Below are positions 20,319 through 30,434 of a stretch of 64,000 nt of DNA, piece after piece; the stretch's first letter is position 1, and every line of letters begins with the position of its first letter. The translations under genes were made by a program, and so were the position numbers. Origin of the DNA: Candidatus Poribacteria bacterium (GTDB lineage Bacteria; Poribacteria; WGA-4E; PCPOR2b); assembly GCA_965116925.1 (NCBI GenBank), contig OZ220744.1:1376001-1440000 (forward strand), in the 5' to 3' direction. Under the pieces are notes generated by a model that searched no databases, was not told the DNA's origin, and worked only from the letters and a program-made list of their open reading frames with translations.

Positions 20319-21710
20319 CTACTCCATTCCGATACAGTACAGATGCGTCCCGGTCCGCATGAAGAGTTGAGAGCCGGAAACAGCAAGGGACGATAAAGTG
20401 TAGCTGCCATCCAGTTCATTGGCCGCCAAGACTTTGAACTCTGGACCGGCAGCGATAACCGTCGTTACCGCGTACTCATTGGTGATATAAAGTTTGCCAT
20501 CCGCAAGGATAGGCGAAGCACTTACAGTGCCTTGTGCAGTACGCTCCGGTCCCCAGACTACCTCGCCTGTCTTTGCATCAAGGCAGGTTGCTAAACCTCT
20601 ATCATCTACCATGTAAAAGTAGGTTCCGTCAGAAGCGGGTGTGGGAACATCCGGCGCACCGGCACCGTCCCATTTCCAGACTAGATGACTGTCCGTTATA
20701 TCACCGGTGCCTCCCGCACGCAGGGCTAACAGCGGTCGCTTGCGGGTCGGTGCGTAGATGATTCCATCCACGACGAACGGGGATCCGACAACCCGATAAT
20801 TCCTTTCTTGGTGTGGATTTAATCCACCAGAACGCCAGATTTCTTTGCCGGTATCCGGATGGTGTCCGGTGACATAATCCCCGCCCGAAATCACAATCTG
20901 CGTGACCCCGTCATGTTGGAGCAGTGCGGGTGTCGTGTAAGCGTCGGGTGATTCGGAAAGAGCGTCGGTTGGTCGTTCCTGCCGCCACATTTCCTCACCA
21001 GTGGCGGCATTGAAGGCAACAATATAGGACGGATCATCCGTCCTGTATCCGTGAAGCACTTCAATAATGAGCGTCCCATTGTAGAGCAATGGGGAGGAGG
21101 CATACCCCCACATAAGACCAAACCTGCCGTAATCATCCTGCAGATTTCTCTTCCAAATTTCCTTCCCTTCCATATCGAAGGCAGCCACAGCCCCTGTTCC
21201 GGTGACAACCCAAACATGCGTTCCATCCGTCACCGGCGAAGGCGATGAATCATTTCCCTTGCGGTGTAGTTGATTCCCTGTATCAAGTTCGCGCTGCCAG
21301 AGAATATTCCCGTCCGTTCTCGAAACACAAATCAGCAGCAGCTCGTCACCGCCGGGTGAACGTCCTCCACCACCCCGACGCCCGCGTCGACCTCTCCGCT
21401 CACGCTGCGGTTCCGGCGGTGTCTCAGACTCACCTGTCCCTTTCGTCGGCGAAGTAAGGAAGATTTTATCGCCCCAGACAATGGGTGTGCCACCACTCCA
21501 TGCGGGCAGCGGTGTCTTCCAGACGATGTTTTCCGTTCCACTCCATGTGGTGGGTAGGTTTTTCGCATCACTAACGCCGGTTTGATAGGGACCACGCCAT
21601 TGTGGCCAATCTTCTTCGGTAGCTTGGGACAGGGACTGCGGCGATGTGACTCCAACAGTTATCAGTCCAATGAGGAATAGGAGCACAGAAGGGATTTGAT
21701 GTTTTTTCAT
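20319..21710 (-). CDS. Secreted PQQ-like beta-propeller protein
   Basis: Signal peptide, DWPQWRGP, and repeated SP..D / TGEE.W motifs. Confidence 0.9.
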   Translation of the reverse strand: MKKHQIPSVLLFLIGLITVGVTSPQSLSQATEEDWPQWRGPYQTGVSDAKNLPTTWSGTENIVWKTPLPAWSGGTPIVWGDKIFLTSPTKGTGESETPPEPQRERRGRRGRRGGGGRSPGGDELLLICVSRTDGNILWQRELDTGNQLHRKGNDSSPSPVTDGTHVWVVTGTGAVAAFDMEGKEIWKRNLQDDYGRFGLMWGYASSPLLYNGTLIIEVLHGYRTDDPSYIVAFNAATGEEMWRQERPTDALSESPDAYTTPALLQHDGVTQIVISGGDYVTGHHPDTGKEIWRSGGLNPHQERNYRVVGSPFVVDGIIYAPTRKRPLLALRAGGTGDITDSHLVWKWDGAGAPDVPTPASDGTYFYMVDDRGLATCLDAKTGEVVWGPERTAQGTVSASPILADGKLYITNEYAVTTVIAAGPEFKVLAANELDGSYTLSSLAVSGSQLFMRTGTHLYCIGME

Positions 21711-21942
21711 TTTGAGTTCTCCGTTTCGATGATTACTCTTGCATCCAAATAAGGTTGGAATCCACTGTATTGATCTGGCTTTCTACAATATTATACCACG
21801 CATCTGACTCCTCGTCAATCTCACCACAAATGGAACCGTTATCGGCCTTTCTCAGATTTCTTTCCTTTTTCTGTTCTGATCTGCGATATTTGCGTCCGGA
21901 TCTACTTTTAGAATTGAAGCGCGTAAACCCCATTGAATCTGT

Positions 21943-21971
21943 TTGACAAAAAATAGGAGGCATTCTATAAT
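21943..21971 (+). promoter_or_regulatory. Consensus sigma70 promoter
   Basis: TTGACA-N17-TATAAT upstream of the gene at 22044. Confidence 0.8.
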
Positions 21972-22043
21972 AACTGACGCAAGGAGAGGTTGTGTCACCT
22001 TCCCACTGAGCAGCGGTCCTGATTCCTCGACAGAGTGTAGATA

Positions 22044-23990
22044 ATGCAAACAAAATTCTCCGCGACCCACCCTGAACCTATTAGTTGGCGACCAATTCTG
22101 ATTACACTGTTCCTCCTACCCGTTTTCTATTGGTGGCATATTGAGTGCGAAGCCCTTCCGTCCTTTGGTCCACCCCCTACCCTGATGTCGCCACTTTATA
22201 CCGTTATTCTCGCTGTGTTGATATTGTCATCGCTCAACCGGCTCCTGAAGAAATTTTACCCTAAGTACACCCTGACCGGCGGCGAGTTAATCACCGTTTA
22301 CGTGTTGATGTCAATGTCGCTGATCTTCATGTCCTACGACATGTTCCTCCCGTTGGCCTCTATCGTCGTGCACGCCTTCTATTTCGCCACGCCAGAAAAT
22401 GAGTGGCGTGATCTCTTCTTCCACTACCTGCCAGACTGGTTGACAATCAGCAATCCAGAGATAGGATTTGCCTTTTATCGGGGGGATAAATCCTTTTTCG
22501 AGCCGCAATATTTCCTCGCTTGGGTGAAGCCTATATTCTGGTGGTGTTCTTTTGCGTTTGTCTGGCTCCTTGTCACGCAGTGTATCAATGTCATCATCAG
22601 AAAAGCGTGGGCGGAACAGGAGCGGCTCACCTATCCTATCGTCGAAATCCCCTACCAGCTCGCCTACAACGCCAGCGGCTTCTTCCGCAGTCAGGCAATG
22701 TGGTGGGGATTTGCCATTGCAGGGGGAATCAGTCTAATCAACGGTCTGCACGTCCTATTCCCAATTATCCCCGTAATCCCGACGAAGTCGATTTCCTTAG
22801 CACCGTTGTTCACCGAAAAGCCGTGGAACGCCCTGCTACGCGGCGGGAGCACGATTGTCATATATCCCTTCGCCGTGGGGCTTTTCTTCCTAATGCCGAT
22901 GGATCTGCTTGCATCGTGCCTCCTCTTTTTCTTCTTATACAAGATGCAATTTTTCATGGCGATTGTGACAGGCATGGAGCAGATACCCGGCTTCCCTTAT
23001 CCTTATGAGCAGCAAACCGGAGCGTATACAGGAATATGTGTGATTGCGTTGTGGGCGACGCGCCGGCAAATTTGGCGAGCTTTGAAGGCTGCCATCAGAC
23101 CACAGCCGGAAGAAGAGAGAGAAGAACCGATGCGATATCGAACCGCTTTCTTGGGAGTGGTGTTAGGAGGACTTTTCCTCATCGGGTTTGGGATGCGAGG
23201 CGGGATGGGATTCAAGATTGCCCTGCTGTTTTTTGCCGCGCATTTCGCGACGATCGCGATTCCCCTCACGCGCCTCCGTGCTCAGATTGGCTTTCCAATC
23301 CATTCGACCACATTTATTGGCCCCCACCATAGCTTGGTCAGTCTGTTGGGGACTCGACAGATCGGTGCCCAAAACTTAACGTGGTTCTCGCTCTTTTTTT
23401 GGTTTAATCGGGACAACCGGAGCCACCCGATGCCGCATCAACTTGAAGCGTTTAAGCTCTCTGAACGGGGACATCTTGATGTCAAAGGTTTATCCCGTTG
23501 GATGCTTGGGATACTCATCGTAGCAATGCCGATGTGTCTCATAATGTTGCTGGAGACCTTTTTCAGGTTGGGGGTAGACACCGGTAACATCGGCGGACAA
23601 ATCAACAGCTTTGGGGGACGTGCTTATCGTTTTCTTCACGGTTGGTTGACCACCCCACGCGATCCACAGAACGGGCATATTGCAGCGATGAGTTTCGGGT
23701 TCTTTTTTACGCTGATACTAGGGATAGTTCGTGCACGGTTTTTCTGGTGGCCCATCCATCCGCTGGGCTACGGTATTTCGCTATCGTCCCACATGTTTAT
23801 GTTTTGGGCACCGTTTATCATCGCCGGTGTCGCCAAATGGAGCCTGTTGAAATACGGGGGTATCGTGCTTTATCGGAGAGCCATCCCCCTATTTCTAGGG
23901 TTGGCGTTAGGAGATTTTGTCTTAGGGAGCTTCTGGAGTCTGCTGGGGATTCTCCTCAAAAGACCGACATACACCTTTTATTTTGGCTGA
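22044..23990 (+). CDS. Polytopic membrane protein, DUF6785/DUF6784-like (OPT-like)
   Basis: Many TM segments; W..QERLTYP and WWPIHPLGY motifs. Confidence 0.75.
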   Translation: MQTKFSATHPEPISWRPILITLFLLPVFYWWHIECEALPSFGPPPTLMSPLYTVILAVLILSSLNRLLKKFYPKYTLTGGELITVYVLMSMSLIFMSYDMFLPLASIVVHAFYFATPENEWRDLFFHYLPDWLTISNPEIGFAFYRGDKSFFEPQYFLAWVKPIFWWCSFAFVWLLVTQCINVIIRKAWAEQERLTYPIVEIPYQLAYNASGFFRSQAMWWGFAIAGGISLINGLHVLFPIIPVIPTKSISLAPLFTEKPWNALLRGGSTIVIYPFAVGLFFLMPMDLLASCLLFFFLYKMQFFMAIVTGMEQIPGFPYPYEQQTGAYTGICVIALWATRRQIWRALKAAIRPQPEEEREEPMRYRTAFLGVVLGGLFLIGFGMRGGMGFKIALLFFAAHFATIAIPLTRLRAQIGFPIHSTTFIGPHHSLVSLLGTRQIGAQNLTWFSLFFWFNRDNRSHPMPHQLEAFKLSERGHLDVKGLSRWMLGILIVAMPMCLIMLLETFFRLGVDTGNIGGQINSFGGRAYRFLHGWLTTPRDPQNGHIAAMSFGFFFTLILGIVRARFFWWPIHPLGYGISLSSHMFMFWAPFIIAGVAKWSLLKYGGIVLYRRAIPLFLGLALGDFVLGSFWSLLGILLKRPTYTFYFG

Positions 23991-24186
23991 TGTCAACCTT
24001 TTATTTTAGCTGACGTTACAGTTAGTAGGGGCAGGAGTGACGCATTTGACAACGCAGGCTGATACCCATTTGCAATTCGGGTATATAGCAGTAACCAATC
24101 CTAAAAGCCCCAGCAGGGCGACATGTGTGTAACAAGAACCAACCTACACAATCCCAATGTACCGCTCCACACCGAAAGGATTAATC

Positions 24187-24621
24187 ATGAAAGCAACCTG
24201 TTTCCAATTACTTCATTGTATGATGCTGTTTGCTGCATGTATCAGTGCTATATATTGCATTGGTTGTGCGAACATTGATGATGTTCTCAAGGCTACCGGG
24301 GAACCGCCAGAAGGAGAGGGTGTTATCATTAGAGATATACCTATCCAAGAGATAGAAGTGCTACTTGCGGAGAGCGACCCCGTTCAAGTGACTGTTGAGG
24401 TCAATGGCTGGCTGCCAGATGGTTGTACCGAACACCATCAGACACATCTAACGCAGGAAGGAAACACTATCACTATCCAGATCACAAACATACGTCCGAG
24501 AGGTTTTGCTTGCGCGACGGTCGTGACAGAGTACCAGGAGCGGGTTTCTATCGGTACACTCCCTGCGGGTGATTATACAGTCATTGTCAACGGTGTGGAG
24601 CAGGAGTTTCGTGTCGATTGA
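24187..24621 (+). CDS. Hypothetical exported protein or lipoprotein
   Basis: AAAGGA RBS, hydrophobic leader, LPDGC...C pair and L..GDYTV.VNG. Confidence 0.7.
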   Translation: MKATCFQLLHCMMLFAACISAIYCIGCANIDDVLKATGEPPEGEGVIIRDIPIQEIEVLLAESDPVQVTVEVNGWLPDGCTEHHQTHLTQEGNTITIQITNIRPRGFACATVVTEYQERVSIGTLPAGDYTVIVNGVEQEFRVD

Positions 24622-24652
24622 TCTGACATTTTCCTGAGGGTTACTGTCGATC

Positions 24653-26914
24653 TTAAAAATTCAACCGATATAGGAGTTTTACATTCCTTCCCGACTCCGG
24701 CATCACCGATTTAATTCTCGAAAGATGTTGACGGTATTCGGCATCGAAAATATTCTCGACCGTGACAACCGCCTGATGCTGAAGTTGCCACACCGGAAAC
24801 GCCAATTGGATACCCGCATCGTAGACGACATACCCGTCGGTTGCCTCTTCAAATTCGCCAAGTCGGTGCTGACCATCTGAAAATCGAGCTGTGAAATGAA
24901 CGTTTAACGGAGGCGTAACGTATCGCAACGCTACTTTGCCGTTGAGTGGTGGGATACGTTCAAGCGGTAACCCGCTGGCCGTTAATGTCCCTTTGACGTA
25001 ACTCATGCTTGCCTGCGCCTGAAATCGTGGAATAATTTCAGTGTCAACGCTAAATTCGACACCATCAAGTACCGCGTCTTGTCCCTGATATTGATATATC
25101 CACAGCCACCCCGCTGCGCCACTCCCCCAATCCTTTTCACCTGTGTTGGTCTGAATCAGATAGCCGTAAATTTGGTTGCGAAAAACGGTGAGATTAAGTT
25201 TCAGCCGCTTGGCTGCATAGCGCAGGAATGCTTCTGTTCCTAAGCCATCCTCCGAGTCGAGTTCGGCGTTGCCAATTTCGTAGGAGTAGACTGCGAGATG
25301 AGGACCATCTGAAAAAAGTTCTTCGATCCCCGGCGTACGGAACGTCTTCATCAAGGTGGCTCCTGTTTCCAAGTGGTCATCCCAATGATAGATGCCCGAA
25401 ACTGCACTCGATACACCGCCGAAGTCCCGTCGTTCCACCGTTCCCGCGCGGGTGACAATACCTTCCTTAAACGGTTCAGCCCGCCTGACATCGTAGCGAA
25501 TCGCACCTTGCAGTGTTAAATCCTCGTTGAGTCGTTTCTGTTTCAAATAGAATCCCGCTAACGACATTTCCCGTGTGTGCGGTGTCCAGTAAAACCCACC
25601 GGTCGCATGGTCACGGTACTCGCCCCAAACCCCGGCAACCGCGTCGCCACGCATATAAGCCAGCGCGGAAACGTTGGTTGTCAGAACGCCAAACTCAACA
25701 CCGAGCCGGTTGTTCGATTCCCGCTCTTGATGTTGGTAGCGTGTGTAGGTCGAGTGCAGTTTCAGTTTCTCAAGAAACGATTGCTGAAATCCGTACTCAA
25801 AATCAGCCTCATACCGCTGGCGATCAAGGTCGATGGTGACGCCGTGGATATGTCCCTCCGGTGAACCGGGAACCCCATAATCTGAGCGGTAGCTACCGCC
25901 AGAAATCCCGATATGCCCCCAATCCTTGACCATTGAAAGACCTGTTGAAAAATTAGTTTGCGACAGGGCCGTGTTTTCTAAAATACCGATAGGGGTGTGC
26001 GTATCATCGGTGCTGCGGCGGTTCAACTCCAGTCGCCACGCAAAATCACCGATCGGTATCGTAAATCCCGTCGTTCCGGTCAACCCTGAATTGACCGATT
26101 CCCCCTGAAATGTGAGATTCATCGTTGGGCGACGGGGCAAGGTTTGTGGGATAGTTTCTCGCTTGACATTGACGACACCGCCGAGTGTGCTCGACCCATA
26201 AATGAGCGATGCCGGTCCGCGCGTAATCTCAATATTTGTTGCAGTGGTAGGGTCAATTGCGACCGCATGGTCCGCTGAGGAGGCTGATTTATCGCCGGTG
26301 CGTCCACCATCTTCGAGGATAAGCAGTCGATCGCCCCCCATGCCCCGGACGACCGGACGCGCGGTCGCTCTGCCCATTGTCCGCTGGGCAATCCCCACCT
26401 CCTCGCTAAGCGTCTCGGCTATGGTTGCTCCCATTTTCTGATCCAGTTCCTGGGCAGAGAGGTTCAGGTCGGTTGTTTTCTCAAAATGAGCATGCTCCTC
26501 GTCGCCGGGTGTGACAACAACCTCTCCGAGTTGGAGCGGATTGCGTTTCAATCTGATCGTCATCGTCATCGGATCTGTTTCGACAACGATTTTTTTACCT
26601 AACGTTTCATAGCCAACACGCTCAAATCGTAGCGTATATGTCCCTTGCACAATCTCGTCAAACCGAAACTCTCCGGTCCTACCGGTTCGGAACAAAGATA
26701 TTCCTTCTGCGTCGCGTAATAGGGATACGTGGACATCCACAAGGGGAGTTTCCGTCTCTGCATCAATCACCTCTCCTGAGATGGAGATATTGTGGGCAAA
26801 GGAGCTCCCTTTTATAAAACAGATGAGAAAAATAGCAGATAGCACAAGACGGAGCCACTTCACAGTAAATGTAATCAGTAACAACGTGCATCTAAAAAAA
26901 CAGGTAAACATCAT
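24653..26914 (-). CDS. TonB-dependent receptor (ZnuD-like) with N-terminal carboxypeptidase-regulatory-like domain
   Basis: ARPVVRG, DHAV, IEITRGPASLIYG plug, ELFSDGPH and C-terminal Phe; start after GGAGG. Confidence 0.92.
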   Translation of the reverse strand: MMFTCFFRCTLLLITFTVKWLRLVLSAIFLICFIKGSSFAHNISISGEVIDAETETPLVDVHVSLLRDAEGISLFRTGRTGEFRFDEIVQGTYTLRFERVGYETLGKKIVVETDPMTMTIRLKRNPLQLGEVVVTPGDEEHAHFEKTTDLNLSAQELDQKMGATIAETLSEEVGIAQRTMGRATARPVVRGMGGDRLLILEDGGRTGDKSASSADHAVAIDPTTATNIEITRGPASLIYGSSTLGGVVNVKRETIPQTLPRRPTMNLTFQGESVNSGLTGTTGFTIPIGDFAWRLELNRRSTDDTHTPIGILENTALSQTNFSTGLSMVKDWGHIGISGGSYRSDYGVPGSPEGHIHGVTIDLDRQRYEADFEYGFQQSFLEKLKLHSTYTRYQHQERESNNRLGVEFGVLTTNVSALAYMRGDAVAGVWGEYRDHATGGFYWTPHTREMSLAGFYLKQKRLNEDLTLQGAIRYDVRRAEPFKEGIVTRAGTVERRDFGGVSSAVSGIYHWDDHLETGATLMKTFRTPGIEELFSDGPHLAVYSYEIGNAELDSEDGLGTEAFLRYAAKRLKLNLTVFRNQIYGYLIQTNTGEKDWGSGAAGWLWIYQYQGQDAVLDGVEFSVDTEIIPRFQAQASMSYVKGTLTASGLPLERIPPLNGKVALRYVTPPLNVHFTARFSDGQHRLGEFEEATDGYVVYDAGIQLAFPVWQLQHQAVVTVENIFDAEYRQHLSRIKSVMPESGRNVKLLYRLNF

Positions 26915-27456
26915 TTCCTCCAGATATAAATAGATCGTCTTCCCAGCACCATTGCTGAGGCATACTAACACTAGCGTCAAATCAGCCGGGAAAGGCAGCA
27001 ATTAATTAAACAAAAACAGAAATATGGATTAGACCAAAAAATTAAACGGAGAACGTTGGTGGGGCACGACTTTGGATGCTTTTGTTGAGTGTTGTAGAAA
27101 TGAAAATTGAATCGAAAGGCGAGTGAATTGAGATGCACGTATCAACATTGGCAGTGTCAACAGGATCAATTTCTATACCGACGTGATTGGCACTGAAGAA
27201 ACAAGCAGAACAATCTGTCGAACAGTGGTTCGCATGGTCATGTTCGTGGTTATGGTCATGGCCATGTTCGTGTGGAAGTCCAACCAAGCTTATTGCCATC
27301 AGGCAATAAGAAATGCCCACCGCAATTATCCAGCTAGTTGGATTGATGTAGATTCGATCGCTCTGCAAGAGCCTTTACCTCTTTTAAGAGTCGGATATTT
27401 GGAAACTGAAGAAAAAAATCATAATACAAGGGAATAACTTTGATAATTTTTTATTT
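26879..27456 (-). repeat. Duplicated regulatory cassette, copy A (promoter + RAPP leader ORF + spacer + RBS + first ~12 codons)
   Basis: Colinear high identity with 33698-34266. Confidence 0.9.
27042..27368 (-). CDS. His/Cys-rich leader peptide with C-terminal RAPP (DUF2946-like candidate arrest peptide), copy A
   Basis: Hydrophobic N-terminus, HEHGHDHNHEHDH, CSTDCSAC and SRAPP four residues before the stop; GAGGT RBS. Confidence 0.8.
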   Translation of the reverse strand: MQSDRIYINPTSWIIAVGISYCLMAISLVGLPHEHGHDHNHEHDHANHCSTDCSACFFSANHVGIEIDPVDTANVDTCISIHSPFDSIFISTTLNKSIQSRAPPTFSV

Positions 27457-27594
27457 TGAAAATTATATGCAATAGTGCCGAAAGCCTAAATGATTAGGCT
27501 TTGGACTTCTTAGTGGTGGTGCGGGTATAGCAATGACTGGATTTGATCCCCAATAATGCTTTGGCTACGTTCTTTGGAGTATCAGGGATAAATT

Positions 27595-27669
27595 CTACAC
27601 GCTTGTCTTTGATTGGGCGTCCGAATGAATCAGGAAAATGGCGAATAGCAAAAGTCGTAGCCACTTCAT
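27595..27669 (-). pseudogene. N-terminal remnant of a TonB-receptor paralog
   Basis: MKWLRLLLFAIFLI versus VKWLRLVLSAIFLI at 26863, with mostly synonymous DNA differences. Confidence 0.6.
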
Positions 27670-27715
27670 GGAGGCACCGCTACGGTACGACAACTGGTGC
27701 CTCAAATTGTCATGC

Positions 27716-28825
27716 TTATCGTGCACGTTTTACCTCATCCAACTCTAATTGATAGACACCCATCAGCATCAAATCCTCCCGAAACTCCTGACCGACCGAA
27801 AGTTTACCAAAAACAGTGATTGGCATATCCATCACCGTTTGAATTTTCTGCTTTTTTGAGGATTCAACGTAGATAACCTCGTTGATACGGGGGGCAACGC
27901 CGAAACAGCACGACATTGTTGACTTAAGCAATAGGAACCTTTGCACTTTTCCCTTGTCAACGTCAATCGGGAGCATAAATCCCGTGATCGCAACCTTCTT
28001 TCCATCAATTTGCTTAACTTTGTCGGGAATCTCTGCGTCGTAGGAAAGCGAGGCGATGTATTCTGAGTCTGCCAACTGCCTCCAATCCGGCTCATCAAGC
28101 CAGTAGTCACCTAAGAAACCGAATGGCACGCGTAAGTAGTCGCCAACCATTTCGGTGGGAACGGCAATAGTTTCAGTGCTATCAATAGCAAACAGACTAA
28201 AGTTGATCGGCGTCGGAGAGGTCAATTCCGGCTCTGTCTCAACGTTGTAGTCAGCGAACTGGATTTCAAACCCACCGACGAGCCGTAGCACATCGCCCGG
28301 TAACCATTGGACAAACCGACTGTTTCTTGAAAAATAGGTAAACCGTAACTCCTTCAACTCCACCGACTTTTTGGCACCGTGTAACTCAAAGGTCGCTTTG
28401 GCATCAGTCTTGATGGGTAAGCCATCAACCAGTCGGACATCTTCCGCGACATTTAGGCTTTCAATCCGAAGGATAGCTTGCGGGTAGACATCAGCGTTCC
28501 ACCCAACCTTCTGTGGCTCTTCATCAACGCTGGTCTGCATTTTCAGACGTTTCATATCAAGTTGGAACATCGCCTTAAATGTCTTATGCAGTGCATCGGG
28601 GTCGAGCGCAATGGTTCCGTTGATACGTTCGGTTGTCGCCCGGAACTGACTGCCTCCAAACATGAACACATTTCTCTCTTTATCCAGCGTGAATGTTTTT
28701 AACTTCGCAGACGGGTCGTCTTGAGCGGAGGCAAAGCCAAATATCCCGAAGATTAACCCAAAAACCGTTGCATAAAAAACAAAACGTAATCCGTAAGAGG
28801 AGAATACGTTAACCATATTCCTCAC
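27716..28825 (-). CDS. YceI-like domain fused to DUF3299 (ZrgD-like)
   Basis: N-terminal YP.A...LHG.KK...F.DY pattern; C-terminal GKKVAITGFMLP and CCFGVAP.INE. Confidence 0.75.
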   Translation of the reverse strand: MRNMVNVFSSYGLRFVFYATVFGLIFGIFGFASAQDDPSAKLKTFTLDKERNVFMFGGSQFRATTERINGTIALDPDALHKTFKAMFQLDMKRLKMQTSVDEEPQKVGWNADVYPQAILRIESLNVAEDVRLVDGLPIKTDAKATFELHGAKKSVELKELRFTYFSRNSRFVQWLPGDVLRLVGGFEIQFADYNVETEPELTSPTPINFSLFAIDSTETIAVPTEMVGDYLRVPFGFLGDYWLDEPDWRQLADSEYIASLSYDAEIPDKVKQIDGKKVAITGFMLPIDVDKGKVQRFLLLKSTMSCCFGVAPRINEVIYVESSKKQKIQTVMDMPITVFGKLSVGQEFREDLMLMGVYQLELDEVKRAR

Positions 28826-29451
28826 TCCTTTTGGTCTAGCTGTATCCGATCCAGGTCAAGGTGGTAGATACCGGTAAGTACCACGCCTTCAAACTTTGCT
28901 CCGACGTGCAATGTACCTAACAAAGTTATCAGTACATCTTGATGGATATCGATTTTCTTCTTTTCTGGTACTCTAACATACACCCATTCGTTCAGACGGG
29001 GCATGTTACCAAAACAGCACGCCATCTGATCTTTGAGCAACATAAAGGTTCGAAGATTGCCCTCCGACATATCAAGCGGTAACATAAATCCTTGAATCTC
29101 AACATTCTTACCGTCCATTGCTTGAATCAGCGGGGAAATTTGTTCATTAAGTTTCAACGAGGCGATGTATGCCGGATCTTCCATTTTCGCCCAATTCGGC
29201 TCCCTGAACGGGTAGCTAGTGAGCATATTAAAGGTCAGGGATTGATATGCCTCTGTCGCTGATGGTGCTCCCTGCACAGTACCCGATTCGAGCGTTTGAC
29301 CAGTCCGGTCACTCACACCTCGAAGGGCGCGCATCGGGTGCGATTTCGGTAACAGCTGAAAAACGCCCAGCGACAACCCGACGACAACTGCGCTAACCAT
29401 TGTAAAGTTCAGCCACGCGCTGCGTCGATTTTTTGTTTTAAGCATTTTCAT
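28822..29451 (-). CDS. DUF3299 (ZrgD-like) membrane-anchored protein
   Basis: DGKNVEIQGFMLP and ACCFGNMP motifs. Confidence 0.85.
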   Translation of the reverse strand: MKMLKTKNRRSAWLNFTMVSAVVVGLSLGVFQLLPKSHPMRALRGVSDRTGQTLESGTVQGAPSATEAYQSLTFNMLTSYPFREPNWAKMEDPAYIASLKLNEQISPLIQAMDGKNVEIQGFMLPLDMSEGNLRTFMLLKDQMACCFGNMPRLNEWVYVRVPEKKKIDIHQDVLITLLGTLHVGAKFEGVVLTGIYHLDLDRIQLDQKE

Positions 29452-29467
29452 CCCTTCCACCCCCTGA

Positions 29468-30001
29468 CTAATGTTCATCATGCTCACTATGTGTTTCTTC
29501 ATTGCCTTCGGGGAACTCAAAGTCTATGTCGGTGAACATCTGACCTTTTATGTCAATCGAAACAATTTCTGCATGAAATTCCGATACACCCTGTAATGTG
29601 TCCGATTGTGCTGCAAATTGAGAAGTATCTCCTTCGGTTTCTCCGGTCAGAACGTTCGCAACCCCTGAAAGTTGCAACATAAATTCAGACTGGATATCTT
29701 CTCGATGTATTTTGAGTTCAATTGTCTTCTGCGAGAGTCGTACCGGTTTTTCCGCTTCACCGTCCAGCACGTAGCCAATAAGTTTTCCGGTCGTTTGGTC
29801 TAGCACAAACTCAATGTGTGCGAACTCATCGCCAAAGACAACCAATGTCCCACCGTGAGGTGCCGTATGTTCATGATGTGTATCGGTTTCGGGCGTTGCC
29901 GCCTGTTCGTGATGCTGCTCTTCCTTTTTCTCACAACTGAGTTGGGCAATGACAACAGATAAAATCGCCGTCCATATCAAGAAAGTTCTTTGGATTTTCA
30001 T
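29468..30001 (-). CDS. His-rich lipoprotein
   Basis: Lipobox-like QLSC, HHEHTAPHGG and terminal HSEHDEH. Confidence 0.8.
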   Translation of the reverse strand: MKIQRTFLIWTAILSVVIAQLSCEKKEEQHHEQAATPETDTHHEHTAPHGGTLVVFGDEFAHIEFVLDQTTGKLIGYVLDGEAEKPVRLSQKTIELKIHREDIQSEFMLQLSGVANVLTGETEGDTSQFAAQSDTLQGVSEFHAEIVSIDIKGQMFTDIDFEFPEGNEETHSEHDEH

Positions 30002-30088
30002 GATGATTTTCCTTTCAGCAAGACTCAATGAATAGAGAAAGGTGCTTAATTAACAAAATTTGGAACATTTCAACACGCTTGTATGGTA

Positions 30089-30374
30089 TATTAACTTAAG
30101 TTGCTAGTGATGTGCGAATCGATAAGATTCCCCTTATACTCGCAGGTCGGGCATCTTGCCCGATCTACAAAGCCCCAGCGGGGCGATATGTGTATAGCAC
30201 GTCGGTAAACCAATACCTCCAAGCCCCAGCGAGGCGACATGTGTATCCGAAGGGTGGAATATAAGAAGCAATGAATCAGCCAACTAATGAACCGATGAAC
30301 TCTCCGATAAATCTGGATTTTCAACTTGAACAGTGTAGAAACGATTTTCTCATAACTAGCGCCAAAGGTTAATA
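30089..30374. repeat. MITE-like element with REP hairpin and AAGCCCCAGCGRGGCGAYATGTGTA direct repeats
   Basis: TATTAAC..GCTAGT imperfect TIRs; repeats at 30170 and 30221, with a third copy at 24105. Confidence 0.55.
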
Positions 30375-30434
30375 CGTCGTTAGGTCTGTACATTCCGGCA
30401 CTTGTAACGCCAAATCAGTTAATAGGAGAATCCA

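Noticed and set aside
21972..22043. Riboswitch in the leader of the DUF6785-like gene (GGAGAG hairpin)
   Set aside because: Only a short stem; the remaining glycine-riboswitch consensus is missing.
27436..27475. Fur/Zur box upstream of the RAPP cassette
   Set aside because: TGATAAT half-site only, altered in copy B, with no convincing palindrome.
30091..30393. ORFs spanning repeat elements (also 36061-36303, 44650-44910, 55382-55774)
   Set aside because: They translate MITE/REP sequence and show no protein-family features.
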